The notes beneath the pieces were generated by a model. That model was not told where the DNA came from and made no database searches. It saw nothing but the letters and a program-made list of their open reading frames with translations. Of a DNA stretch of 33,600 bases, positions 1 to 10,066 are shown one piece after another. Positions within the stretch are counted from its first letter, which is position 1. Each line of letters begins with the position of its first letter. The translations under genes were made by a program, and so were the position numbers. The stretch comes from Octopus bimaculoides. Taxonomy: Eukaryota. The stretch is taken from assembly GCF_001194135.2 (NCBI RefSeq), contig NC_068981.1, forward strand, positions 182,884,066-182,917,665. The letters run 5' to 3'.

Positions 1-737
1 AACGAGAGAATATATATATATATTCTCTCGTTTTTAATGGCCTGTCGTTCTAGTAATTTTCCTTCTATCATTATTTGGTTGTTCGTTCCTATATATTTTT
101 TCCTTTCCTTATACTATATATATTTGATATATAACTTGGTTTAAGAAGAGACAATATTTAGATAATCACCCTATAGATATGATTTACATCAACATAATAA
201 ATTCATACAACACAATAAATATACCAAGCCAATGAACATGTCAATATATTATTTAGAATAAAAATAAGAAATACATGAGGTAAAAATAAACGTGAAAAGT
301 GTAAATAAATAAAGAATGATACATCGATTAAAGATCATATTAAATTTAAGATTAAAAATGTTGAATTAAGAATTAAAAGTTGTAAGATACATCGACGGCG
401 GTGAAAAATCATAAAAATGGATTTAAAAGCCAGAGAAATAAGGATAAATTTGTTATAAGAGTTCTGAAGGAATGTTTATAGAGGGTTATAGCACCATATA
501 AGATGTATTTCGACGGCCGTTTCTAGAGTCTATTTGTGTCCAAGGTATGAGTCCTTTAGTTTCACACTGACAATGTTCCCTTCGTCAAGAAATAAGGAAA
601 TAGATAGCAAGGTTCCAAGAAATATAAGAGAAAGGAAAATCTAAGATTACATCATGTTAGTCGTCGGCTACTGTATTAGATATCGACGACATCTGATCAA
701 GTTTTAATTCTTAATTCAACATTTTTAATCTTAAATC

Positions 738-1249
738 TGTAGTAGTCTGCGGTCTGTAGTTAAAATAGTTGAATGATCTATCTTGCAAGAATTTTTATAG
801 AGTAATCTCCCTTTAATAAGTTTCTCAAAACACCTACGTCATGAGAAGTAATTCTTAATTATTCAAGAAGCTTCGCGTTTCTCTTGGAAGTTTCTAGAAT
901 GTCCAGCGTTCCATTAATAAAAACAGCTTGACTGCCCTGCTCTTTGCTTCTTAGTCTACTAGCCTCTGAGCCATTCATGTCGTTGCTATGCCTGTCTATT
1001 TCTCTATAACACATGACTGAAAACTACCACTTAGCTGTTATTTCTACATTTCTGAACTTCCTTGCATAGATTACTTCATTCAACTAGATTCTACATTTTG
1101 ATTATATCTCATTAACAACCAATAAATGAAATATATTTTTATGTAGTAAATATATAGTTCTTAAATTTATTCTCCTCTGTAAGAATTCTTCTAATAATAT
1201 ACATGCAGCCATTTCAATACTTGATACTGAACATTTATTCTACGCTACA
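738..1249 (+). repeat. 5' LTR
   Basis: TGT...ACA termini. Hand alignment to 2559-3066 gives roughly 27 substitutions and one 4-bp indel (~95% identity). Confidence 0.95.
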
Positions 1250-1254
1250 TAAAT

Positions 1255-1262
1255 TGGTGACC
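1255..1262 (+). other. Primer-binding site (tRNA-Trp type), rearranged
   Basis: TGGTGACC 5 nt after the LTR end, complementary to the tRNA-Trp 3' end (...GGTCACCA). The rest of the PBS appears inverted at 1288-1308. Confidence 0.75.
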
Positions 1263-1387
1263 AATTATTCTCCAAGGTAGAATTCAGGATCCACGTCGGT
1301 TGGTCACCGCATAAATTGGTAACCAACTAATGAGAGAATAATTTAGTTATATTTAGTTATATTCTAATACTTTCCATCTCATAATTT

Positions 1388-1425
1388 TCTTCAACTGAAT
1401 TATCTTCAACTGAATTATCTTCAAC
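1388..1425 (+). repeat. 15-bp tandem repeat (TCTTCAACTGAATTA) x~2.5 in LTR element leader
   Basis: Directly visible in the sequence. Confidence 0.85.
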
Positions 1426-1432
1426 TCATACG

Positions 1433-1924
1433 ATGATGATATCTGCTATGAATCATCCAGTAACACCAATTTTTACAGGAGATATCGCTGTCTGGTTTGC
1501 CCATTTGAAGCATTTTTCCTGGCTAACAAACACAATTCAGAGCAACGGCAGTTCTACATTTTATTTAGCTCTATACCACCATCATTAACTGGAGAATTGC
1601 GAGATATTATTACAGCTCCACCGGCAGATGTAACGTATTCATCAATCAAAAATTTTACGACGAACTTCGCTCTCTTCCGAAAAGAAGTTTCAGAAACTTC
1701 TCAACGACGAGCATTTAGGAGACAGAACACCATCGCAAATACTCAGTAAAATGCGCCAGCTCACAGAGGACAACCCTGCTGAAAGTAAGTTGCTTAAACA
1801 ACTCTTTTTCTCCAGATTACCACAGTATGTTCAAGGTATGCTCGCCCACTTGACTGACGTTTGCACAGTCGACCAACTTGCAGCGTCGGCAGATAAAATT
1901 TTGGAGTATACAAAATCTACTTAA
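1433..1924 (+). pseudogene. Gypsy gag remnant (frameshifted)
   Basis: Manual translation across two frameshifts: ...FTGDIAVWFAHL...ELRDIITAPP...KFQKLLNDEHLGDRTPSQILSKMRQL...LKQLFFSRLPQYVQGML...LAASADKILE. This matches the LGDRxPSQ...LFxxRLP...LAxxADKI gag pattern. Confidence 0.8.
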
Positions 1925-1930
1925 ACTGCG

Positions 1931-2515
1931 TTGTGTGCTTCTGCCGAGTCATCTCGATGGATTGAATTTCTTCCTTTTGTTCTCTCGGGTCTCCGCTCTT
2001 CTATCAAAGAAGATATTGGATATTCTCCTGCAGAATTACTTGATGGTTCTTCCTTGACGCTGCCTGGTCAGATGATTGTTTCTGAAAACACGCAAGATAT
2101 TGACACAACAAATTTCGTTGAACGCTTGCGTGATTATATGTCAAAGTTACCGCATACGAACACTAGAAAACAAGACATTAAAACATATTTGCCTAAGGAC
2201 TATTCTTCCTGGACTCATGTTTTTATTCGTAACGATGCCGTTAAACATCCTTTAACAGCACTGTATTCAGGACTCTTTCGTGTGCTTTCTTGTACAGAAA
2301 AAGTTTTCACTTTAGACATTAACGGTCGTAAAGACACTATTTCTGCTGATAGACTAAAAAGGGCTCACATTGAAAGTACTATTTCCAGCCCCACTACAAA
2401 CAACACACAGCATTTCAAACGCGTCCTTTACACACAACTTCACACAACTCGGACTACCAAAAGCGGTAGACATGTGTATTGGCCCCAAAATTTAACAAAA
2501 TGTTATTACATTTAA
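1931..2515 (+). pseudogene. Gypsy integrase C-terminal half
   Basis: ORF with W.E.LP.VL.GLRSSIKED.G.SPAEL..G..L.LPG, a GPY/F-like PLTALYSGLFRVL, TISADRLKRAH and terminal T.SGR.V.WP. The catalytic DDE N-terminal part is missing. Confidence 0.88.
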
Positions 2516-2547
2516 GCTGTGATATTGTTCCTATAGTCTGACATCTG

Positions 2548-2558
2548 CCAAGGGGGTG
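2548..2558 (+). other. Polypurine tract
   Basis: CCAAGGGGGTG directly abutting the 3' LTR TG. Confidence 0.8.
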
Positions 2559-3066
2559 TGTAGTAGTCTGTGGTCTGTAGCTAAAATAGTTGAATGATGT
2601 ATCTTGCAAGAAGTTTTATAGAGTAATCTCCCTTTAATAAGTTTCTCAAAACACCTACGTCATGAGAAGTAATTCTTAATTATTCAAGAAGCTTCGCGTT
2701 TCACTTGGAAGTTTCTAGAATGTCCAGCGTACCATTAATAAAAACAGCTTGCTTGCCCTGCTCTTTGCTTCTTAGTCAACTAGACTCTGAGCCATTCACA
2801 TCATTGCTATGCCTGTCTATTTCTCTATAACACATGACTGAAAACTACCACTTAGCTGTTATTTCTACATTTCTGAACTTCCTTGCATAAATTACTTCAA
2901 CTAGATTCTACATTCTGATTATATCTCACCAACAACCAATGAATAAAATATATCTTTATATAGTAAATATATAGTTCTTACATTTATTCTTCTTTGTAAG
3001 AATTCTTCTAATAATATACATGCAGCCATTTCAATACTTGATACTGAACATATATTCTACACTATA
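2559..3066 (+). repeat. 3' LTR
   Basis: Direct repeat of 738-1249. Ends ...ACTATA (terminal CA mutated). Preceded by PPT AGGGGGTG. Confidence 0.95.
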
Positions 3067-3214
3067 AATTTAATATGATTTTTAATCGATGTATCATTTT
3101 TCATTTATTTATTTACACGTTTTACGTATATTATTACCTCCTGTATTTATTATTATTTCTATTCTGATTAATATATTGATATGTTTCTTGTCTTGGTGTA
3201 TTTATTATTATTTA

Positions 3215-3532
3215 TCGAAGGCGGAGGTAATGTTTTCAGTCGTGTTTGTTTGGTTGTTTATTTGACCGTGGACAAGATATCTCAAGAACCACTGGATGGA
3301 TGCGGATAAAACTTTCAGGGATTTTTGCCCTCGTGACTGGCACGAACTGATTAGACTTTTGAATCGATTCGGTACAGGACAAGGATACTGGATTAGTTTT
3401 CCTGTTTTCTTTTTACTTAATTTTTGAGAGCAGTCGGGTTCATTCTTAGTATTCTCGTTTGTGAGAGCAGTCGAGTTTATGTTAGATATTTTAAAAATCA
3501 TTTCTGGCTAATCGTTGAGAGAACGTTGGTGT
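3215..3532 (+). mobile_element. DINE-1/HINE-like non-autonomous element, truncated copy
   Basis: About 80-85% identical by eye to the reverse complement of 31690-32016. Keeps the AAGGCGGAGGT motif and GTTT repeats; lacks the outer half of the terminal hairpin and the other end. Confidence 0.7.
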
Positions 3533-3717
3533 TGTAGTTGAGTCATTTGATTCCTTGTTGCATTTGATGTGTGTTCGCTTCATGTGAGTCTTGTTATTTA
3601 AATTGTTGAAGGTCTACCGCACGTTATTGTTGTATTACTGAATTGTTAAATTTATTGTTACCTGTGAATTTTTCTTTTTCTTCCCTATTTATAGCTGAAG
3701 TCGTTAATAACAACATT

Positions 3718-4256
3718 ATGGAAAGTCAACCAGTTCCAGCAGGTAGTTACGCTGCAGTGACTGGGAAAAGTCTAACCGCAGATGTCTTGAAAGTAAGAGA
3801 AATTCGACTAAACGACACAAATTTTAAGCAATATAATGAATTGTTACAAAAGGAGGGAGACAGCCTGAGGCTGACGCCGCCCAAGGAAATTATGGAAAAA
3901 ACAGAAAAAAGGACAGTCATATACAGAACGCTGTCTATTGCTACAAAAAGAGTTGAAATAGCTGCAGCAGAGGCAATCGAAGAATGCTTGAAAGAAATCA
4001 AAAGCCTAACTACGTATTACATCAGAGGAAAGAAATAAGGCACAGTGGAGGTACGCATCGCGAGTGAACAAGAAGCGATAAAACACTCCACTGTGCCTTT
4101 GAGATCAATTGAGTGGGTACTGCTACCAACTTACTGTGGCAAACGTGCGACCAGAGTTAGGATTGGTAGAGTGCCCCCAGAAATTGACGAGGCGCGGCTG
4201 GTGGCAGCCATCCTATATAATACAGAAGAGGAAACTAAAATACTTAAAATCACCAA
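3718..4256 (+). pseudogene. L1/Tx1-like LINE ORF1 (gag-like) 5' fragment
   Basis: ORFs 3643-4038 and 4045-4290 share a frame and are separated by one TAA (K-K-*-G-T-V-E-V). The peptide has an N-terminal SYAAVTG and an RRM-like TRVRIGRVPPEI...LVAA. It is cut off by SINE sequence at ~4257. Confidence 0.6.
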
Positions 4257-4720
4257 TCACATTGCTCCATTCAACTCAACTGTATTTTAGATTTGTCACA
4301 TTCTACCTGTATTTCTTATTTTTTTATTGCCCACAAGGGGCTAAACACAGAGAGGACAAACAAGGACAGACAAAGGGATTAAGTCGGTTATATCGATTCC
4401 AGTGCGTAACTGGTACTTATTTAATCTTTCCGAAAGGATGAAAGGCGAAGTCGACCTCGGCGGAATTAAAACTCAGAACGGAGCGGCAGACGAAATAACG
4501 CTAAGCATTTCGCCCGGCGTGCTAACGATTCTGCCAGCTCGCCACCTTTACCTGTATTTCTACCTGCATTTCAACCTTGTCACATTCTGTGCCGTTCTGA
4601 ATCTCCCCGAGGACTACGTGTCTGTGGGTGTGATAAGCCACTTGCACATTAATTGCACGAGCAGGCTTTTACGTTGATCGGATCAGCTGGAACCCCTGTC
4701 GTCGTCACCGACGGAGAACC
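4257..4720 (+). mobile_element. SINE family C, 5'-truncated, interrupted by a family A SINE
   Basis: 4257-4312 and 4549-4720 match the central and 3' parts of the copy at 18784-19105 (CTTGTCACATTCTG...GCACGAGCAGGCT...CGTTGATCGG...GACGGAG). Confidence 0.8.
4313..4548 (-). mobile_element. SINE family A (tRNA-derived, long tail)
   Basis: The reverse complement has the head GGCGAGCTGGCAGAATCGTTAGCACGCCGGGCGAAATGCTTAGC and a GGGCAATAAA..AAGAAA tail. A 13-bp TSD TACCTGTATTTCT lies at 4304-4316 / 4549-4561. Confidence 0.92.
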
Positions 4721-4869
4721 TATCGGTCGAAACTTTCGCATTGTGAATGTCGGTATAAATAAATTTCCGCGCGTGTGTGTATGTGTCTGTGCTTGTACTT
4801 GTGTGTCAGTGTGTGTTTGTGTGCTTATACATGTATAAATATGTGTGTGTCTACATATATTCATATATT

Positions 4870-4920
<51 letters not shown>

Positions 4921-5241
4921 NNNNNNNNNNNNNNNNNNNNNNNNNNNNNNNNNNNNNNNNNNNNNNNNNNNNNNNNNNNNNNNNNNNNNNNNNNNNNNNN
5001 NNNNNNNNNNNNNNNNNNNNNNNNNNNNNNNNNNNNNNNNNNNNNNNNNNNNNNNNNNNNNNNNNNNNNNNNNNNNNNNNNNNNNNNNNNNNNNNNNNNN
5101 NNNNNNNNNNNNNNNNNNNNNNNNNNNNNNNNNNNNNNNNNNNNNNNNNNNNNNNNNNNNNNNNNNNNNNNNNNNNNNNNNNNNNNNNNNNNNNNNNNNN
5201 NNNNNNNNNNNNNNNNNNNNNNNNNNNNNNNNNNNNNNNNN
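4921..5241. other. Assembly gap flanked by (TA)n and (CA)n
   Basis: N run. The other gaps are at 20166-20445, 27181-27589, 29780-29933 and 30797-31359, all bordered by microsatellite or low-complexity repeats. Confidence 1.
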
Positions 5242-5294
<53 letters not shown>

Positions 5295-5750
5295 GTCACT
5301 AGTTTCTTCCTAATGTGATTAAATACGTGTATATTTCACCATCTTCTCAATGAGAAAATCTGCAAAAAGACATATAATAGTATGGTGGTTCTGTTTATTA
5401 TAGCCAGCAAATGATGGTAAAAGATTCTTTCATTGACTCTCTTTAGAGATAAGTTCATTGGTGCAGAAAGATGTTATGACTTCAACAAGCATAGAATTAT
5501 CGAAATTCTTAATACGCGATGGGTAAATAGATGTGTAGTGAGTGAACACTTCAGAGAACCATTTCTCCAGAATTCGAAGTAATTTAAAGTAAAAATGAAA
5601 ACCGGTGACAAAGAACTAAAGGTCTAACCAACCTACTTATTTTCCTACACGTCCTATTACTTTCCCAGTTCTCCTTCATCCCACCTCTCTCTCTCTCTCT
5701 CTCGCTCTCGTTTCTCATATTCCCTCACTCTACACTTATACATACATACA

Positions 5751-5785
<35 letters not shown>

Positions 5786-6039
5786 ATAAATTTGTTATAT
5801 GCAACAGAAGCAGTATTAGATTAAATAGCAATCTATGTATCATACGTAATGCAGATACATGTGAAAGGCAAATTAACAGCAGTGCTTGTCCAAAGATAAT
5901 ATCCGTTATGGATGCACTGTGTTTAAAAACACAATGCTATATCAGTAGCAGACGAAAATCGTTCATCAGCGGTGGTGGGGATACTGGATGTACGTTTCCA
6001 TCTCGTTGAGTTTTGTGACTACAATACAAGTATATGTGC

Positions 6040-6123
6040 ATATGAATGTGTACACCTCTATTACACATATATACTTATGTATGCATGTATGTATGTATGT
6101 ATGTATATATGTATGTATGTATG

Positions 6124-6157
<34 letters not shown>

Positions 6158-6235
6158 TGTGTTTATGTATGCATGTATGTATCTATATATGTATGTGTAT
6201 ATGTTGATATATGTATCTATATATATATATGTATG
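6040..6235. repeat. (TATG)n/(TA)n compound microsatellite
   Basis: Directly visible in the sequence. Confidence 0.95.
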
Positions 6236-6261
6236 AGAAACATGCAGCAACAGTACGGTAG

Positions 6262-6584
6262 AGTAAAGTTTATTTGCCAATGTAAAGTGGTTAGGACGAA
6301 TGTTGCTGCTATTTAACTCCAGGAAAACATCTTCTCCAGCTGGCTGTTGACGCACTAACTGCGTCCTTATATTTTCAAACAAGGGAGCTAGTATTCCCAA
6401 TCAGCTCAAAGCAATATCTGTGTACCAATGGTTTTGGAGTTATTTCTCTTCATCAGCACAGAATAATCACTTGGCTAGAGATGGCAGCACTAGTTCTTGT
6501 TCGAAATATATACTTTTCAAAGTGACACACAGTCACTGATCTCATTTCAGGACTGCCACTTTACGTTGGCAAATAAACTTTACT
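6262..6584. mobile_element. Short element bounded by 29-bp inverted repeats, containing a hammerhead motif (Penelope/retrozyme-like)
   Basis: AGTAAAGTTTATTTGCCAATGTAAAGTGG (6262-6290) and CCACTTTACGTTGGCAAATAAACTTTACT (6556-6584) are 28/29 complementary. Confidence 0.7.
6417..6462 (-). ncRNA. Type I hammerhead ribozyme motif (decayed core)
   Basis: Minus strand reads UCUGUG-CUGAUGA-A-GAG-AAAUAA-CUC-C-AAAA-CC-AUU-GGUA-CACAGA. Stem I is 6 bp, stem III is ACC/GGU, cleavage triplet GUA. G12 and G10.1 appear mutated to A. Confidence 0.7.
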
Positions 6585-6586
6585 AC

Positions 6587-6617
6587 ACACACACACGTGC
6601 GCGCGCACGCACACGCA

Positions 6618-6692
<75 letters not shown>
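6587..6692. repeat. (CA)n microsatellite with a GC-dinucleotide patch
   Basis: Directly visible in the sequence. Confidence 0.95.
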
Positions 6693-6693
<1 letters not shown>

Positions 6694-6714
6694 CACATTG
6701 ACACATTTTATCAG

Positions 6715-6812
6715 TTATGCTTGATCGTGAGGGGCCAAATCTGGTCAGTTTGAGCATAAGTCAGGTAATATATTTTGGCCGGATATAACCGGTTGAAACA
6801 CTTCAGGGTTAA
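6715..6812. mobile_element. Possible terminal fragment of a TTAA-type MITE
   Basis: Ends ...CAGGG|TTAA, resembling piggyBac-type CCCT termini. No partner end was found. Confidence 0.3.
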
Positions 6813-7374
6813 AACAATATTCAACGTGTTATAACACGTTTCATTAAAATAGTCCTTTTAAAACATCTTGGAAGAACTACTTTCCTTTGAATTCCCAATC
6901 GCGTTAAATACCACACTTACTCATAGCCCAAGAAACCATCACATTCTATATCACCAGCACCAGGCACATACATTGTCTCCCTTCCTCTGTGTCCATCTCT
7001 ATACATGTATACGCTCATAAACATGCACACAAAATCTCATCTCCTCCTCCTTTCCTAACTCCGCCCATAGAACCGCATTCCCACCTGACTTCTGACCTCT
7101 TTCTTTTTTCTTCCAGCAATCTTTTCTCATCGTTTTGTTTTTTCAGCTGAAGAACTAGCGCCTGAAGTGTCAAGACTGTTTCCCTTCTCTTAAGCATTAA
7201 ACTAATACAATATATGTTAGAACTTGCCTTCCTGTGTTGTTTTCTCTTTGTCTTCATTGCCTTATATATATATATATATATACTAGATATGTGGAAAAAC
7301 AGTGTGTTTGTTTGTAGCGTTGTTATTTAACTCCTCCTACATCGTTTTATTGATTTTGAAGAAACTTGACACTT

Positions 7375-7806
7375 GAGTAGAACTTATATCTGGAAACCTC
7401 GTGACTTACTTAGATTGTTGAAAAAATCGATAGTACGGCCCCTGGAAGAGACCTTTATATCTACCTCATATAACTAATTTTCTTTTAAACACCCAAGGGA
7501 AATAACCCATACCACCTGCACAATATTTTTTTAAACACTCAAGGGAAATGACCCATTTCATTGTTTATGTTCAATTACTTTGAATATTGATTTTTTTTGT
7601 GTCCAATTTCTAATTTTTGTAGACAATATCACTTTTTTTTTACTTTATATGGCATGAGAGTAGAACTCATGTCTGGAAACCTCGTGACATACTTAGATTG
7701 TTGAAAAAAATTGATGATAGAGCCCATCCAATGGATTCTCCTATCTACTACATATTACTAATATTTTATTTAAACAACCCATGGTAAATAACCCATACCA
7801 CCTGCA
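7375..7806 (+). repeat. Diverged direct repeat (7375-7520 and 7658-7806; period 283 bp)
   Basis: Both copies share GAGTAGAACT.AT.TCTGGAAACCTCGTGAC.TACTTAGATTGTTGAAAAAA...AAATAACCCATACCACCTGCA. A 28-bp sub-duplication lies at 7483-7510 / 7528-7555. Confidence 0.85.
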
Positions 7807-7994
7807 GTTTTTAGCGAAGTGATCAATATTTGATTCTCATGATCAGCCAACCTAATTCTGCATTTCACTACTAAATCGTTTCTAATTACGACTGAGGTGA
7901 TGGGTAGCACCTATATTGCTAGAAATTAGAGTTAAAACTCGCAGAGCTGCAAGGAAGCACATTTTCATATACTGTCAGCGCACTCAGTCACAAT

Positions 7995-7995
<1 letters not shown>

Positions 7996-8050
<55 letters not shown>

Positions 8051-8061
8051 CCAATCAATCA

Positions 8062-8117
<56 letters not shown>
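7996..8117. repeat. (TCTA)n tetranucleotide microsatellite
   Basis: Directly visible in the sequence. Confidence 0.97.
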
Positions 8118-8118
<1 letters not shown>

Positions 8119-8119
8119 A

Positions 8120-8345
8120 TCTCTCTCTGTATAGTCGCGTATTGTCCTTGCCTTCGAAACGCGGAGTAGATGGACAGGGACAGCTGACGAAGGGGTATAC
8201 TCTTTCTGTTGCACGTCCCGTTCCTCTTTTTGTTTTTTTATTCGTTTTTTTTTCGTTGTTCGAAAAAAGCTCGTTTTCTGTGTTCGTTTATGTTTTCGCT
8301 TTTCGTTTCTCATTGTGTTTAACGTTTTTTTGATGTCCTGTACCC
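8120..8345 (+). mobile_element. Penelope-like terminal fragment (tentative)
   Basis: Contains CGAAACGCG (8155) and CTGACGAAGGGG (8184), followed by a T-rich tail next to microsatellite. Similar in layout to 33200-33432. Confidence 0.35.
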
Positions 8346-8432
8346 ATATATGCATGTATGTATACATACAGAACATATAGATGTAGGTATGTACATATAC
8401 GTATGGATATATTCATATATCTATATATTTAT

Positions 8433-8490
<58 letters not shown>

Positions 8491-8964
8491 AAACTGCATA
8501 GTGTTCAATCATTACTCATTGCTCAACAATGTAAACCATGTTACAATGTTACAGTGTTACACTGTTATCCGTCACTACCTGAAGTGAACTTTTGACCACC
8601 CTACCTTACATGTAGTCTTCTGGCCCTTGGTTGATCTCAGCAAAGCATACTCTGTTGCAAATATTTGGACCATGTCTCTCTTATGAGAATCAGCTTCCTT
8701 TTTTCCTTCTTTTTTTCTTTCTCTGTTCTTCCTTTATCGACCACCAGTTTCGGAAGTACTACAGAAATTCCATAGGTGCTGCCCTTCCGCCTCTTTACTA
8801 TGTTATAAAAACATTCCCCTTCCAAAATCACTGACTGGCTACAAACCATTGACTTCTCGATCTGTTATTCAGTACTCTACCTGCTATTCAACACCCTAGC
8901 AACGCAGGAAGCGGGAACGGAAAGCGAGAGCAGAGACAGAGAGATGAAGCGAGAAAGAGAGAGA

Positions 8965-8965
8965 T

Positions 8966-9016
<51 letters not shown>
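8965..9016. repeat. (GA)n microsatellite
   Basis: Directly visible in the sequence. Confidence 0.95.
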
Positions 9017-9020
<4 letters not shown>

Positions 9021-9299
9021 GAGGCAGAGAGGTGAAAGGGAACTTGTATTATTTTGTTCTATTATGCAGTTGAGTGTTAAACCTGAGAAACGCTATTATT
9101 ACTCCTACCCCTCCCCTCACACTAGCAAGCGTTATTTGAGTCTCATTCAACCAAATGAAGCTGTATCCATAGCAACTTGTTTACGATACATAATCTTCAC
9201 ATTTCTCAGTTTTTATCTGCATTATTACAAGCATTCTTTTTTTTTGCATTTCATTTGTTCAAAACGTGTTTATCTCTTGTAATACGTTTTTATACAGTT

Positions 9300-9319
9300 T
9301 GTGTGCGTGTTTGTGATTG

Positions 9320-9369
<50 letters not shown>

Positions 9370-9545
9370 TGTATGTGTGTATGTGTGTGCGTGTACGCAT
9401 GCGTGCGTGTTTGTGCTTGTATGTGTGCGTGTGGATGTGTGTGCGTGTGCGCATGCGTGCTTATGTGTGTGGGTATGTGTATGTTTATGTTTATGTGTGT
9501 GTGTGCATGCGTGCTTGTGCGTACATGTGTGTGCGTGTGAGTGTT
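9300..9545. repeat. (GT)-rich degenerate microsatellite
   Basis: Directly visible in the sequence. Confidence 0.9.
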
Positions 9546-9692
9546 TTAGTCTGAAATCTTAATGTGAAATATTCTAGAGAGATATTCAAACATCTTTTCC
9601 TCGATATTTTTTTTCTATGATTAGGAAAATTCCCCCCCCCCCAAAAAAAAAACCCCACAAAAAGCGAAAAACTTATTCAACAGTAGTAAATC

Positions 9693-10066
9693 TATTTTGC
9701 TTCAGTCATTTGACTGCGGCTATGCTGGAGCACCGCTTTTAGTCGAATAAATTGACTCCAGGACTTAGTCTTTGCAAGCCTAGTACTTATTCTATCGGTC
9801 TCTTTTGCCAAACCGCTATGTTACGGGGACGTAGACACACCAACATCGGTCGTCAATCGATGTTGGGGGGAGGGGACAAACACAGACTCACAAACATATA
9901 TATACATATGATGGGCTTCTTTCAGTTTCCGTCTACCAAATCCACTCACAAGGCTTTGGTCGGCCCGCGGCGATAACAGAAGACACTTGCCCGAGGTGCT
10001 ATGCTGTGGGACTGAACCCGGAACCGTGTGGTTGGAAAGCAAGCTACTTACCACACAGCCACTCCT
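9693..10066 (-). mobile_element. SINE family B (tRNA head, CORE-like centre), near full length
   Basis: The reverse complement matches 32041-32464, with head AGGAGTGGCTGTGTGGTAAGTAGCTTG, a CORE-like CACCT.GGGCAAGTGTCTTCT segment and tail ...GCCGCAGTCAAATGACTGAA. Confidence 0.92.

Larger units (their letters stand above)
738..3066 (+). mobile_element. Gypsy/Ty3 LTR retrotransposon, non-autonomous internal-deletion derivative (CsRn1-like)
   Basis: Two ~510 bp direct repeats starting TGTAGTAG, a PBS (TGGTGACC) after the 5' LTR, a polypurine tract before the 3' LTR, gag and integrase remnants inside, and a 4-bp TSD with one mismatch (AATC 734-737 / AATT 3067-3070). The CsRn1 label rests on the Trp-type PBS and gag motif. 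Confidence 0.93.
213..3208. repeat. Inverted repeat: left arm ~213-378; right arm 702-737 + 3067-3208 (split by the LTR element)
   Basis: The reverse complement of 702-737 joined to 3067-3208 matches 213-378 (e.g. GATACATCGATTAAAGATCATATTAAATTTAAGATTAAAAATGTTGAATTAAGAATTAAAA). Possibly a Penelope-like or foldback remnant; family unassigned. Confidence 0.85.

Noticed and set aside
3208-3501. 97-aa ORF with an apparent paralog at 31715-32143
   Set aside because: Both lie in copies of the same non-coding repeat. Indels and different C-termini show no preserved coding frame.
5945-6010. Minus-strand CUGAUGA + ACGA/UCGU hairpin
   Set aside because: No GAAA follows the stem, and the upstream GAAACGUA cannot close stems I/II.
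8150-8200. Permuted (type II) hammerhead from GAAAC...GUA...CUGACGA
   Set aside because: Core words are present but no stem I can form. Kept only as a tentative Penelope-like fragment.
8611-8740. Minus-strand open frame ending at a GTAAGG donor
   Set aside because: No acceptor; the frame runs through a purine low-complexity tract to a stop.
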